DNA of 24,000 nucleotides from Clostridium scatologenes (GCF_000968375.1 NZ_CP009933.1:1770577-1794576), one strand, 5' to 3'. Counted from the first letter of the stretch, positions 8,527-16,590 are shown. The notes: a model not told the origin generated them from the letters alone. Numbers and translations are program-made.

Positions 8527-9294
8527 CTATTTATTAGCACTAATAAGTGAAAGTATTTTGTATAATTCATTTGCTTCTAATTGTCCTGGAGCTGATGCAA
8601 CCTTTGCTGATCCAAAAGTAAGCGCTGATCCAAAAGTTTCACCTGCTAAACGACTTATAACTCCTAGTGGTCCCATAGACATAGTTATAATCGGTGTTTT
8701 ATCATGATCACGTGTCATTTCATTTGTAGCTGTCAATAATTCAATTACATCTGTGCTACTTAAAGGCATTACTGCTATCTTAGGTACATCTGCTCCTAAT
8801 TCTTGCATTTTGCACAATCTTGCTATTATTTCATTTTTGCTAGGTGTTTTATCAAAATCATGATTAGACATAACTACTTTTACATCATGTTCATGTGCCA
8901 CTTTTACAATTTTCTTTACGGCTTCTTCATCACCAATAAATAACTCCACATCAATCATATCTGCATTGCCTGTTGCTGATATTGCCTTTTGTAATTCTAT
9001 ATAATATTCTAATGTAATTTCCTTTGCTCCACCTTCTTTAGCACTCCTAAAAGTAACTAACAAAGGTGTATCTCCTAATGCTTTTCTAACTTCAGCTAAA
9101 ATTTCTTTTACTTTTTCAATTTTATATACGTCTTCGTAAAAATCTATTCTCCATTCTGCAACATCCAATTTAATTTCTTTTAAATAAGAAACATCCTTCA
9201 TAATTTCTTCATTGCTGCATCCCATGAATGGCACTGCTATTTTGGGAATTCCCTGACCTAATTTCATATTTCTTACTTGAACTATACTTTTCAT
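8527..9294 (-). CDS. aroD: 3-dehydroquinate dehydratase, type I
   Basis: 255 aa, the typical type I length and layout. Family motifs AEWRIDFY, LVTFRSAKEGG, SNHDF and KIAVMP (Schiff-base Lys region) are present. Confidence 0.95.
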   Translation of the reverse strand: MKSIVQVRNMKLGQGIPKIAVPFMGCSNEEIMKDVSYLKEIKLDVAEWRIDFYEDVYKIEKVKEILAEVRKALGDTPLLVTFRSAKEGGAKEITLEYYIELQKAISATGNADMIDVELFIGDEEAVKKIVKVAHEHDVKVVMSNHDFDKTPSKNEIIARLCKMQELGADVPKIAVMPLSSTDVIELLTATNEMTRDHDKTPIITMSMGPLGVISRLAGETFGSALTFGSAKVASAPGQLEANELYKILSLISANK

Positions 9295-9329
9295 TTTTTA
9301 CTTCCTTTCTTAACTTTTTAAATTATTGA

Positions 9330-9355
9330 TTAAGATTAAGTAATCGTTATCTTAA
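9330..9355. promoter_or_regulatory. Inverted repeat centred on TAAGTAATCG upstream of aroD (candidate operator)
   Basis: TTAAGAT-taagtaatcgtt-ATCTTAA. It shares the 12-mer ATTAAGTAATCG with 6401-6412, in the same orientation. Confidence 0.3.
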
Positions 9356-9538
9356 AGAATTAAAAAAATTATTACTTATAAATTTTAACAGATAATACTG
9401 TACAAAACACTACATAATAAAAGCTTTTCTACTATAATTGTATATTATATAACAGTTTAGTTATTTTTTTAACATATCTTGACTTTATTATACTGCAATA
9501 CATTTGATAATTCTAATACATATTTTTATGATTATTAA

Positions 9539-9567
9539 TAGTTTTTATCTATCAATTATGATATACT
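9539..9567 (+). promoter_or_regulatory. Putative lysR-2 promoter
   Basis: TAGTTT (9539-9544), a 17-nt spacer, then extended -10 TGATATACT (TATACT at 9562-9567). The spacer contains the palindrome TATCA-ATTA-TGATA. The layout aligns with the other two lysR promoters. Confidence 0.4.
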
Positions 9568-9597
9568 ATGTATTATTCTATTTAGGAGGACTACTCT

Positions 9598-10494
9598 ATG
9601 AACTTAAGCCAATTATACTATTTCAGAAAAATTGCTCAATTAGAGCACTTCAGACAAGCAGCTTTAGAATTAAATGTATCTCAACCTAGTTTAAGTAAAT
9701 CAATGCTAAATTTAGAATCAGAACTGGGTATTTGCTTATTTGATAAAGAAGGAAGAAATGTTCATCTAACTAAGTATGGCAAAATTTTTTTACAATATGT
9801 AGAAAATATTTTAAACGAATTAGAAAATGCCAAAAATAAGATGAATCAATTAGCAAGCAGTGAACATGGTCATGTTGATATAGCATATATTTCGCCATTA
9901 GCACAATATTATATACCTGATACAGTGCGTAGTTTTTTAAATATAGAACAAAATAAAAATGTTACTTTCACATTTAAACAAGGTTTTTCTTACGAAATGA
10001 TAGAGGAACTTAAAAATGATAAATATGATTTAATTTTTTGTTCTCACATAGAAAATGAACCTGATATTATGTTTGTTCCAATTATTAAAAAGGATTTATT
10101 TGTTATTGTTCCTTTTGATCATCCGCTTTCAAAATTTGAAAGCATTGATTTGAAAGATATTGAACCATATCCTTTAGTAGCATATGATAAAACTTCTGCT
10201 ATGGGAAAAACTACTTTAAAATTATTGAAAAGTATTAATTTGAATCCAAAAATTATTTGTGAAGCTGCTGATGAATATGCTATTTCTTCACTAGTTGCTG
10301 CAAACTTTGGAGTAGCTATTATAGCTGAAGCGCCTGCTCTTGCACATGCTAAAGTAAAAAAAATAAACATCAACAGCCCAAAATATTCTCAAATAATATA
10401 TCTTGCATATAAAAAAAATAAGTATTTTCCTTCTGCTGTTATTAATTTTATTTCATATATAAAAGAAAAAAGTTCTGTAAGTGAATCACTATAA
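9598..10494 (+). CDS. LysR-family transcriptional regulator (paralog 2)
   Basis: wHTH LYYFRKIAQLEHFRQAALELNVSQPSLSKSMLNLESELG. SD AGGAGG lies 9 nt upstream. It is divergent from aroD-ydiB. Confidence 0.95.
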   Translation: MNLSQLYYFRKIAQLEHFRQAALELNVSQPSLSKSMLNLESELGICLFDKEGRNVHLTKYGKIFLQYVENILNELENAKNKMNQLASSEHGHVDIAYISPLAQYYIPDTVRSFLNIEQNKNVTFTFKQGFSYEMIEELKNDKYDLIFCSHIENEPDIMFVPIIKKDLFVIVPFDHPLSKFESIDLKDIEPYPLVAYDKTSAMGKTTLKLLKSINLNPKIICEAADEYAISSLVAANFGVAIIAEAPALAHAKVKKININSPKYSQIIYLAYKKNKYFPSAVINFISYIKEKSSVSESL

Positions 10495-10499
10495 AAATA

Positions 10500-10534
10500 G
10501 CCGATTAAGGTAAAATCAAATCACCTTAATCGGC
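10500..10534. terminator. Bidirectional intrinsic terminator between lysR-2 and the second enoate reductase
   Basis: 12-bp perfect stem GCCGATTAAGGT / ACCTTAATCGGC with an 11-nt loop. T-runs follow on both strands (ACTATTTTT on plus, CTATTTTTA on minus). Confidence 0.75.
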
Positions 10535-10558
10535 ACTATTTTTACTTAATTTAAATTA

Positions 10559-12565
10559 TTACTTAAATGCACCCATAACCTCTAAAGTTTTAACTACATT
10601 TCTCCCCTCTTCAACACCAGATATTATTCTTCTTGCTCTTACACTATCACCAATGTTAAGAAGTTTTACATTATTTTCTGAAGCATACTCTTCAACCATA
10701 GGGAATTCAGCATTTTCTGATCTCATTCCTAGGCATACAAAACCATAGTCGAAGTTTATATCTACAGCAGCTCCTTCAGGATTTTTCACTGTAAACGAAC
10801 TATCATTAACAGTCTGAAGTGCAGTATTTGCAAGCTGTTTAACATTATTTACTTTCATCATATGATATACATCAAGCTTTGTATTAGTATCTAAATCTTT
10901 TCCTATTACTGGCATCATTTCAATGACATCAACATCTGCTCCTCTTTCAGCAAAGAATTCTACAACATCAAGTCCTACTGCTCCTCCGCCTACTACTACA
11001 ACCTTTTTATCTTTACAGTCTTTATCAAACTCTTTGATATTATTAATAAATCCAAATGTTGATTTGACATTTGATCCAGCTTTATCTACACGATCCAACA
11101 ATCCTGCTATTGGAGGAAGTAATGGTTTTGATCCTGTTGCATTTATTATAAGGTCTGGATTTAATTCATCTAGTACTTCCTTTGAAGCTTTTGTATTAAG
11201 TTTTATTTTAAGGTTAGGAAGTTCCTTTACTCTATTTTGTAAATATTCTACAAAATAATGAATTCTTGCTTTTGCTGGAATTGTTCCGATCATCCAAGCT
11301 AAACCGCCTAATCTATCCTTTTGTTCTAATAGTGTCACATTACAACCTACTTCTGCAGCAGTACAGGCAGCTTCCAGTCCTGCTGTACCTCCACCAATAA
11401 CTACAACGTTAACAGATTTCTTTACTTGTTTTTCTTTATAAGCATCTTCAAATAAAAGATCTGGATTTATACTACAACGAATTGGTTGTGATTTTGCTAA
11501 ACGATGATCAGCACATCCTATATTACAAGATATACATCTTCTAAGAAGGTGCTCCTGTCCATCCGCAACCTTATTAGCCCAATATGGTTCTGCAATTAAA
11601 CCACGACCCATAGCTAGAAGATCTGCATCTCCTTTAGCAATAATTTCTTCAGCAACTTTTGGGGAACGAATGTTTCCTGAAGTTATTACTGGTTTATTGA
11701 ATTTTTCTTTAAAAGCTTTAGCCATATAGCTTCTCCAGCCTTCTGCTAAACTCATTTTATCATGTTGAAGATATAAAGTATCATTTTGTGCTATAGAAAT
11801 ATTTAGGAAATCTACTTTTTCCTGCATATATCCCATCAATTCTAAAGAATCTTCAAGAGTATTACCTCCCTCAATCATATCATCCGCACTAATTCTTATA
11901 GAAATTGGAAACCTAGGACCAACTGCAGCTCTCACACTATCTATAACCATTACAGCAAATCTTGCTCTATTTTCAGCACTTCCACCAAATTCATCAGTTC
12001 TATCATTAAATAAAGGTGATAAGAATTGATTAAGTAAATATGAATGACCTGCATGAATTTCAACTGAATCAAATCCTGCTAATTGAGCTCTTGCAGCAGC
12101 TTCTCCATATTTTTTTGCAATATCTTTCATTTCCTCTACAGTTAAAGGTCTTGGAATTGCTCCACCTGTCTTTGAAGGAATATTAGAAGCAGAAACTGCT
12201 TGTACTCCATCTAATCTTGCAGCATAAGCAGATGCTCCAGCATGGTTAAGCTGAATTGAAACTTTAGCTCCATAAGCATGAAGTCTTTCCACTAATGTAT
12301 AAAGTCCAGGTACATATTGGTTATCATCAATTCTGCACTGCTTTGTTCCGTTAGTTCCCATTGGAAAATCAATACAAGCATTTTCAACTATGATAAGTCC
12401 TGTACCACCTTTTGCTCTTAATTCATAATATTTAATCATCTCTTCAGATACTTCTGCACTAACAGTAGCAAAATTACTACCTATTGGTGGCATAACAGTC
12501 CTATTTCTAAGAGTCATTCCATTTATAGTAATTGGTGACAAAAGATTTGGATATTTGCTTTTCAT
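10559..12565 (-). CDS. 2-enoate reductase / 2,4-dienoyl-CoA reductase-like flavoprotein, second paralog (668 aa)
   Basis: OYE-domain motifs PPIGSN, HAGHSYLLNQFLSP and NDRTDEFGG are present. The [4Fe-4S] motif is CISCNIGC-x11-C. Two GxGxxG motifs are present (VIGGGTAGLE and VVGGGAVGLD). SD GGAGG is present. Confidence 0.9.
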   Translation of the reverse strand: MKSKYPNLLSPITINGMTLRNRTVMPPIGSNFATVSAEVSEEMIKYYELRAKGGTGLIIVENACIDFPMGTNGTKQCRIDDNQYVPGLYTLVERLHAYGAKVSIQLNHAGASAYAARLDGVQAVSASNIPSKTGGAIPRPLTVEEMKDIAKKYGEAAARAQLAGFDSVEIHAGHSYLLNQFLSPLFNDRTDEFGGSAENRARFAVMVIDSVRAAVGPRFPISIRISADDMIEGGNTLEDSLELMGYMQEKVDFLNISIAQNDTLYLQHDKMSLAEGWRSYMAKAFKEKFNKPVITSGNIRSPKVAEEIIAKGDADLLAMGRGLIAEPYWANKVADGQEHLLRRCISCNIGCADHRLAKSQPIRCSINPDLLFEDAYKEKQVKKSVNVVVIGGGTAGLEAACTAAEVGCNVTLLEQKDRLGGLAWMIGTIPAKARIHYFVEYLQNRVKELPNLKIKLNTKASKEVLDELNPDLIINATGSKPLLPPIAGLLDRVDKAGSNVKSTFGFINNIKEFDKDCKDKKVVVVGGGAVGLDVVEFFAERGADVDVIEMMPVIGKDLDTNTKLDVYHMMKVNNVKQLANTALQTVNDSSFTVKNPEGAAVDINFDYGFVCLGMRSENAEFPMVEEYASENNVKLLNIGDSVRARRIISGVEEGRNVVKTLEVMGAFK

Positions 12566-12814
12566 TTTTCTTCCTCCATTTTATACCTATTTTATCTTTA
12601 TATAGTAGAATTTAGAAACAACATGGAAAGTGTTTTCTTAACATATTGCATTTATATCGTGTTTGTATCAAGAATTGGATTTTCACTACATTAAATACTT
12701 TTTTATCAATACAACTAAACTTAAATGAATGTGTTTGTTAATTAACATTTATCTCGTGATTCATTATAGCAAAACCGTTATCATAAATCTAATTCATATT
12801 TTCCTTTAAAGCTA

Positions 12815-12844
12815 TAGAATTTATTTATATATTCTATTATAATG
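12815..12844 (+). promoter_or_regulatory. Putative lysR-3 promoter with an embedded inverted repeat
   Basis: TAGAAT (12816-12821), a 17-nt spacer, then TATAAT (12839-12844). The inverted repeat ATAGAAT-N10-ATTCTAT (12815-12838) spans the -35 element and the spacer. Confidence 0.4.
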
Positions 12845-12912
12845 AGTACTATAAACGATTAAAATTTCTAAAAAAAGTAGTAAAATAACAATATAGAAAG
12901 AGGTGAATTTAA

Positions 12913-13824
12913 ATGAATTTGAAACAGCTTCAATACTTTCGTATTTTAGCACAAACTGAGCATTACACAAAAGCAGCTGAAAAATTATACATAACACAAC
13001 CTAGTTTAAGTTACAGTATTTCAGAATTAGAGAGGGAATTTGGTACTCAATTATTTGAAAAGGAAGGTAGAAATGTAAAACTGACAAAATACGGACGCTT
13101 TTTTCTTTCTTATGTAGAAAAAGCCCTTGATGAATTGGATTTGGGTAAAAATCTATTGTTAAAAATGGTAAGCCCTACGGAAGGAAAGGTTGACCTAGCT
13201 TTTATTTACACTTTAGGTTCCAAATTTGTACCTAACATAGTTCAAAGCTTTTTAAATGAAACTAGTTATAAAAATGTAGAATTTTCTTTTGCTCAAGGAA
13301 ACACTCAATATTTAATTAATAACCTTAAAGAAGGAAAATTTGACCTGGTTTTTTGCTCTTTTGTTGAAAATGAACCAAATATTGATTTTATTCCTATAGC
13401 ACAAGAAGAATTAGTTATAATTGTACCTAAAGATCATCCTCTTTCTAATTACAAAAGTATAAGTTTAAATGAAACTTCACCTTACCCTTTTGTTTTCTTT
13501 AGCAACGAAAGTGGTTTGCGCCCACTTATAGACAAAATGTTTAAAGATTCAAATATAGTACCTAAAATTGCATGTGAGGCTGAAGAGGATACTGCTATAG
13601 CTGGCTTTGTGGCTATCAATTATGGAATAGCAATTATTCCTAATATACCATCTTTAAAAAATTTTGATGTAAAAATACTTAAAATCAAACAACCAAATTA
13701 TAAAAGATTTATTTATGCAGCTACCGTTAAAAATCGTTATAACACTCTTGCTACAGATTCTTTTCGTTCATTTGCAATTAAATATGGTAAAAAAAATTAT
13801 TTAGACACAAATAAGTACATATAA
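12913..13824 (+). CDS. LysR-family transcriptional regulator (paralog 3)
   Basis: wHTH LQYFRILAQTEHYTKAAEKLYITQPSLSYSISELEREFG. SD AAGAGGTG is present. It is divergent from the 10559-12565 reductase. Confidence 0.95.
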   Translation: MNLKQLQYFRILAQTEHYTKAAEKLYITQPSLSYSISELEREFGTQLFEKEGRNVKLTKYGRFFLSYVEKALDELDLGKNLLLKMVSPTEGKVDLAFIYTLGSKFVPNIVQSFLNETSYKNVEFSFAQGNTQYLINNLKEGKFDLVFCSFVENEPNIDFIPIAQEELVIIVPKDHPLSNYKSISLNETSPYPFVFFSNESGLRPLIDKMFKDSNIVPKIACEAEEDTAIAGFVAINYGIAIIPNIPSLKNFDVKILKIKQPNYKRFIYAATVKNRYNTLATDSFRSFAIKYGKKNYLDTNKYI

Positions 13825-14121
13825 AATTTCTTTAATTTTTACATACACTTTACAATCTATAGAATTGTTCTATTGATTATACACAAAAAAACTATTAGAT
13901 ATTTTGAAACATGAAATATATAATTAAGTTATTGAATAAATTAATAGTAATTATTAATATTTTTAGAAAATAAACATATGAACAAAATAACAAGTTAAAA
14001 ACGTATTTACTGGTTATTTTCTTCATATGTCTAAATCTTATGGAATTATAAAATACTATATCTAATTATTTATATAGAAAGTTTAAGAATTAGTATAAGT
14101 CACTTACTACTGTTTGAATTT

Positions 14122-14616
14122 TTATTTTGCTAATTCTAGTATTTTTTCAATTACATCTTCAATTTTACCATTATTCTCAATTCGAAAATCTGAATATTTT
14201 TTATAAAGTTCATATCTTTCATCTAAAAGTTCATATAATTTTCCTACTCCATCTTTCAAAAGAGGTCTACTTAATACATTTATGTCTTTTGCAATATTTT
14301 CTACAGGTCTATCTATAAAAATTACAATTCCATTTTTCTTAAGGTTTTCTATATTTGAAAAATTTTTGATCACTCCACCACCAGTGGATATTATAGCTGA
14401 TTTTTTTGCACTTACTTCACAAACAGCTTCTTTTTCTAGTTTTCTAAAATAATCTTCTCCATTTTTGAATATATCTGGTATAGTTTTTCCTTCTCTATCT
14501 TCTATATAATTATCCATATCAATGAAATCTGTTCTCAATTTTTCATATAAAATTTTTCCTATTGTTGTTTTTCCGCTGCCTGGCATTCCTATTAATACTA
14601 TATTTTTACTCATCAT
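14122..14616 (-). CDS. aroK: Shikimate kinase
   Basis: Walker A motif GMPGSGKTT and family motifs DxD and STGGG are present. I prefer the ATG at 14616 (MMSKNIVLIG; SD AAGGTG 8 nt upstream) over the ORF-track ATG at 14634, which has no SD. Confidence 0.93.
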   Translation of the reverse strand: MMSKNIVLIGMPGSGKTTIGKILYEKLRTDFIDMDNYIEDREGKTIPDIFKNGEDYFRKLEKEAVCEVSAKKSAIISTGGGVIKNFSNIENLKKNGIVIFIDRPVENIAKDINVLSRPLLKDGVGKLYELLDERYELYKKYSDFRIENNGKIEDVIEKILELAK

Positions 14617-14643
14617 ATTTATAACACCTTTCATTTCAAAAAT

Positions 14644-15459
14644 TTAACAATTGTATTTTTCAATAACTTCATATATATGCTTTTTAATTTCTTGACTAAT
14701 TTTCATTTCCTGCCAAATTTCTTGTGATGCTATAGCTTGAGCTACTAACATATAAAGTCCATTTACAGTTTTCACTCCAATTTCTCTAGCCTCTCTTAAA
14801 AAAATAGTTTCTATAGGATTATATATTAAATCTACTGCCGAACTAAATTTACTTAATATATTTTTATCCACTGAACAACTTTCTATCTTAGGATACATTC
14901 CACAAGGAGTACAATTTATAATTATATCCTTGCATTTAAGCTTATTCATATCTTCATAAGATATAACTTTAAAATCTTTGAGCGTATCTTTGGTATTTTC
15001 AGGAATCCTACTCACAAAAACTATATCCTTTATTCCGTTATCTAGTAAATAGTGAAACACTGCCTTTGAAGCTCCACCAGTACCTAGTATAACAGCTTCT
15101 TTATTATAGGTATCTATTTCTTCTCTTTTTAATGACTCACCAAAACCATAATAATCCGTATTATATCCTACAAGTTTATTTTCTTTAAAATCTATAGTGT
15201 TAATGGCTCCTATTTTTGATGCTTCCATAGATACATCATCTAAGTATTTCATAATGTTCACTTTGTGAGGTATAGTTACATTTATTCCCTTAGCTCCAAG
15301 TGCTTTTAATCCAATTACAGCTTTTTTTAAATCTTCATTGTTTACTTCGAACAAATTATAAAAACCATTTAAATTTAAATCTTCTAATATTAAACTGTGT
15401 ATTTTAGGAGAAATGCTGTGTCCCAAAGTTTTTCCAATTAGTCCATATAAATTTCCCAT
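14644..15459 (-). CDS. aroE: Shikimate 5-dehydrogenase (AroE class, biosynthetic)
   Basis: Motifs GHSISPKIH, GINVTIPHK, GAINT and the GTGGASKA loop followed by VSR (basic residue, NADP type). At 271 aa it is shorter and more divergent than the two YdiB-class paralogs. Confidence 0.9.
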   Translation of the reverse strand: MGNLYGLIGKTLGHSISPKIHSLILEDLNLNGFYNLFEVNNEDLKKAVIGLKALGAKGINVTIPHKVNIMKYLDDVSMEASKIGAINTIDFKENKLVGYNTDYYGFGESLKREEIDTYNKEAVILGTGGASKAVFHYLLDNGIKDIVFVSRIPENTKDTLKDFKVISYEDMNKLKCKDIIINCTPCGMYPKIESCSVDKNILSKFSSAVDLIYNPIETIFLREAREIGVKTVNGLYMLVAQAIASQEIWQEMKISQEIKKHIYEVIEKYNC

Positions 15460-15465
15460 TTATAT

Positions 15466-16590
15466 TTAACTCACCTCACCTTTGTAGTTTCCCAAAAACT
15501 TATAATATAAACTTTCTTCTTCTATAGTCTTTAAAGCACTTCTTGTATTTTCATTTAATATATTTCCTTGAAAATCGATATAGAAAAAGTATTGCCATGA
15601 TTTGCCTACAATTGGTCTTGACTCTATTTTCATCATATTTAAATTATTATCTGAAAAATGCTTTAAAATTTTATACAAGGCTCCTACCTTATGAGATATT
15701 GATAAAATAACACTTATCTTATCACAGTTAACATCAGATTTTTCTTTTTTTCCTATAATTATAAACCTAGTATAATTGTTGCTATTATAATTTATATTTT
15801 CTTTCAAAATTTTTAATCCATAAAATTCTGCTGCCTTTTTGCTTGCCACACAAGCTTTATTTTTCAAATTTTCCTTGCTTACATACTCTGCACTTTTAGC
15901 AGTATTAAAGTATGGAATTAACCTCCAATCGTCGTGAATATCAAAAAATTCTTTACACTGCAGAAAACCTTGTGTATGTGAATAAACTTCATTTATATCG
16001 CAAATTTCAGCATTCTCAATTCCCATTAAGTTATGATCTACCTTTACACATTTTTCACCAACTATATAAAATCCATATTCCCTCATAAGATCATAAACTT
16101 CAGAAATACCTCCTGTTGATGAATTCTCAATAGGTAGAACACCATATTTTATGTCACCTTTTTGTACAGCTTCAAAAATATCCTTAAAACTCTTAAAATG
16201 TTCTGACTTTACATTGTCACCAAAATACTCATTTACCGCTTGGTGACTAAATGAGGCAGGAACGCCTTGAAACCCTACTTTAAATTCACTATCTTCATCT
16301 ACTTTACAATTACAGGATACCTTAGAGAGTATTTCCTTTTGAGATTCTCTACTTATACTCATTAAATCTTGAAGAAACTCTTTTAAATAGTTTTGCAAAG
16401 CTTTATCTTCAACGTTCTTCAAATGCTTGTTTATAATTTGATTTTCTCTACTATTATCCAATACTTCCATGTGATTTTCTATTTTATAATGAGCTACATT
16501 AAAAACTACTGACATTCTCTTTTTAAAAAGTTCTACTAATTCTTCATCTATTTCATTAATTTGTTCTCTTAAATAGTTTAAATCTTCCAT
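15466..16590 (-). CDS. pheA: Bifunctional chorismate mutase / prephenate dehydratase (P-protein) with a C-terminal ACT domain
   Basis: The N-terminal CM helix is LREQINEIDEELVELFKKR. A PDT domain follows, and the ACT region carries the ESRP motif. The ORF-track start (16599) is a GTG. The ATG at 16590 has SD AAGGAAAG 8 nt upstream. Confidence 0.93.
   Translation of the reverse strand: MEDLNYLREQINEIDEELVELFKKRMSVVFNVAHYKIENHMEVLDNSRENQIINKHLKNVEDKALQNYLKEFLQDLMSISRESQKEILSKVSCNCKVDEDSEFKVGFQGVPASFSHQAVNEYFGDNVKSEHFKSFKDIFEAVQKGDIKYGVLPIENSSTGGISEVYDLMREYGFYIVGEKCVKVDHNLMGIENAEICDINEVYSHTQGFLQCKEFFDIHDDWRLIPYFNTAKSAEYVSKENLKNKACVASKKAAEFYGLKILKENINYNSNNYTRFIIIGKKEKSDVNCDKISVILSISHKVGALYKILKHFSDNNLNMMKIESRPIVGKSWQYFFYIDFQGNILNENTRSALKTIEEESLYYKFLGNYKGEVS

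Noticed and set aside
9504-9689. 61-aa plus-strand ORF overlapping the lysR-2 promoter and 5' end.
   Set aside because: - It is out of frame with the well-supported LysR ORF, which has a strong SD.
- Its sequence is hydrophobic AT-rich noise, and it has no SD.
13825-14121. The 297-bp AT-rich gap between lysR-3 and the end of aroK, checked for a terminator or small RNA. It includes an imperfect dyad AATCTATAGAA-ttg-TTCTATTGATT at about 13854-13878, which shares CTATAGAATT with the lysR-3 promoter region.
   Set aside because: - Only weak, AT-only hairpins are present, and none has a U-tract.
- The 10-mer match is plausible by chance in this composition.
- Nothing here is strong enough to call as a feature.
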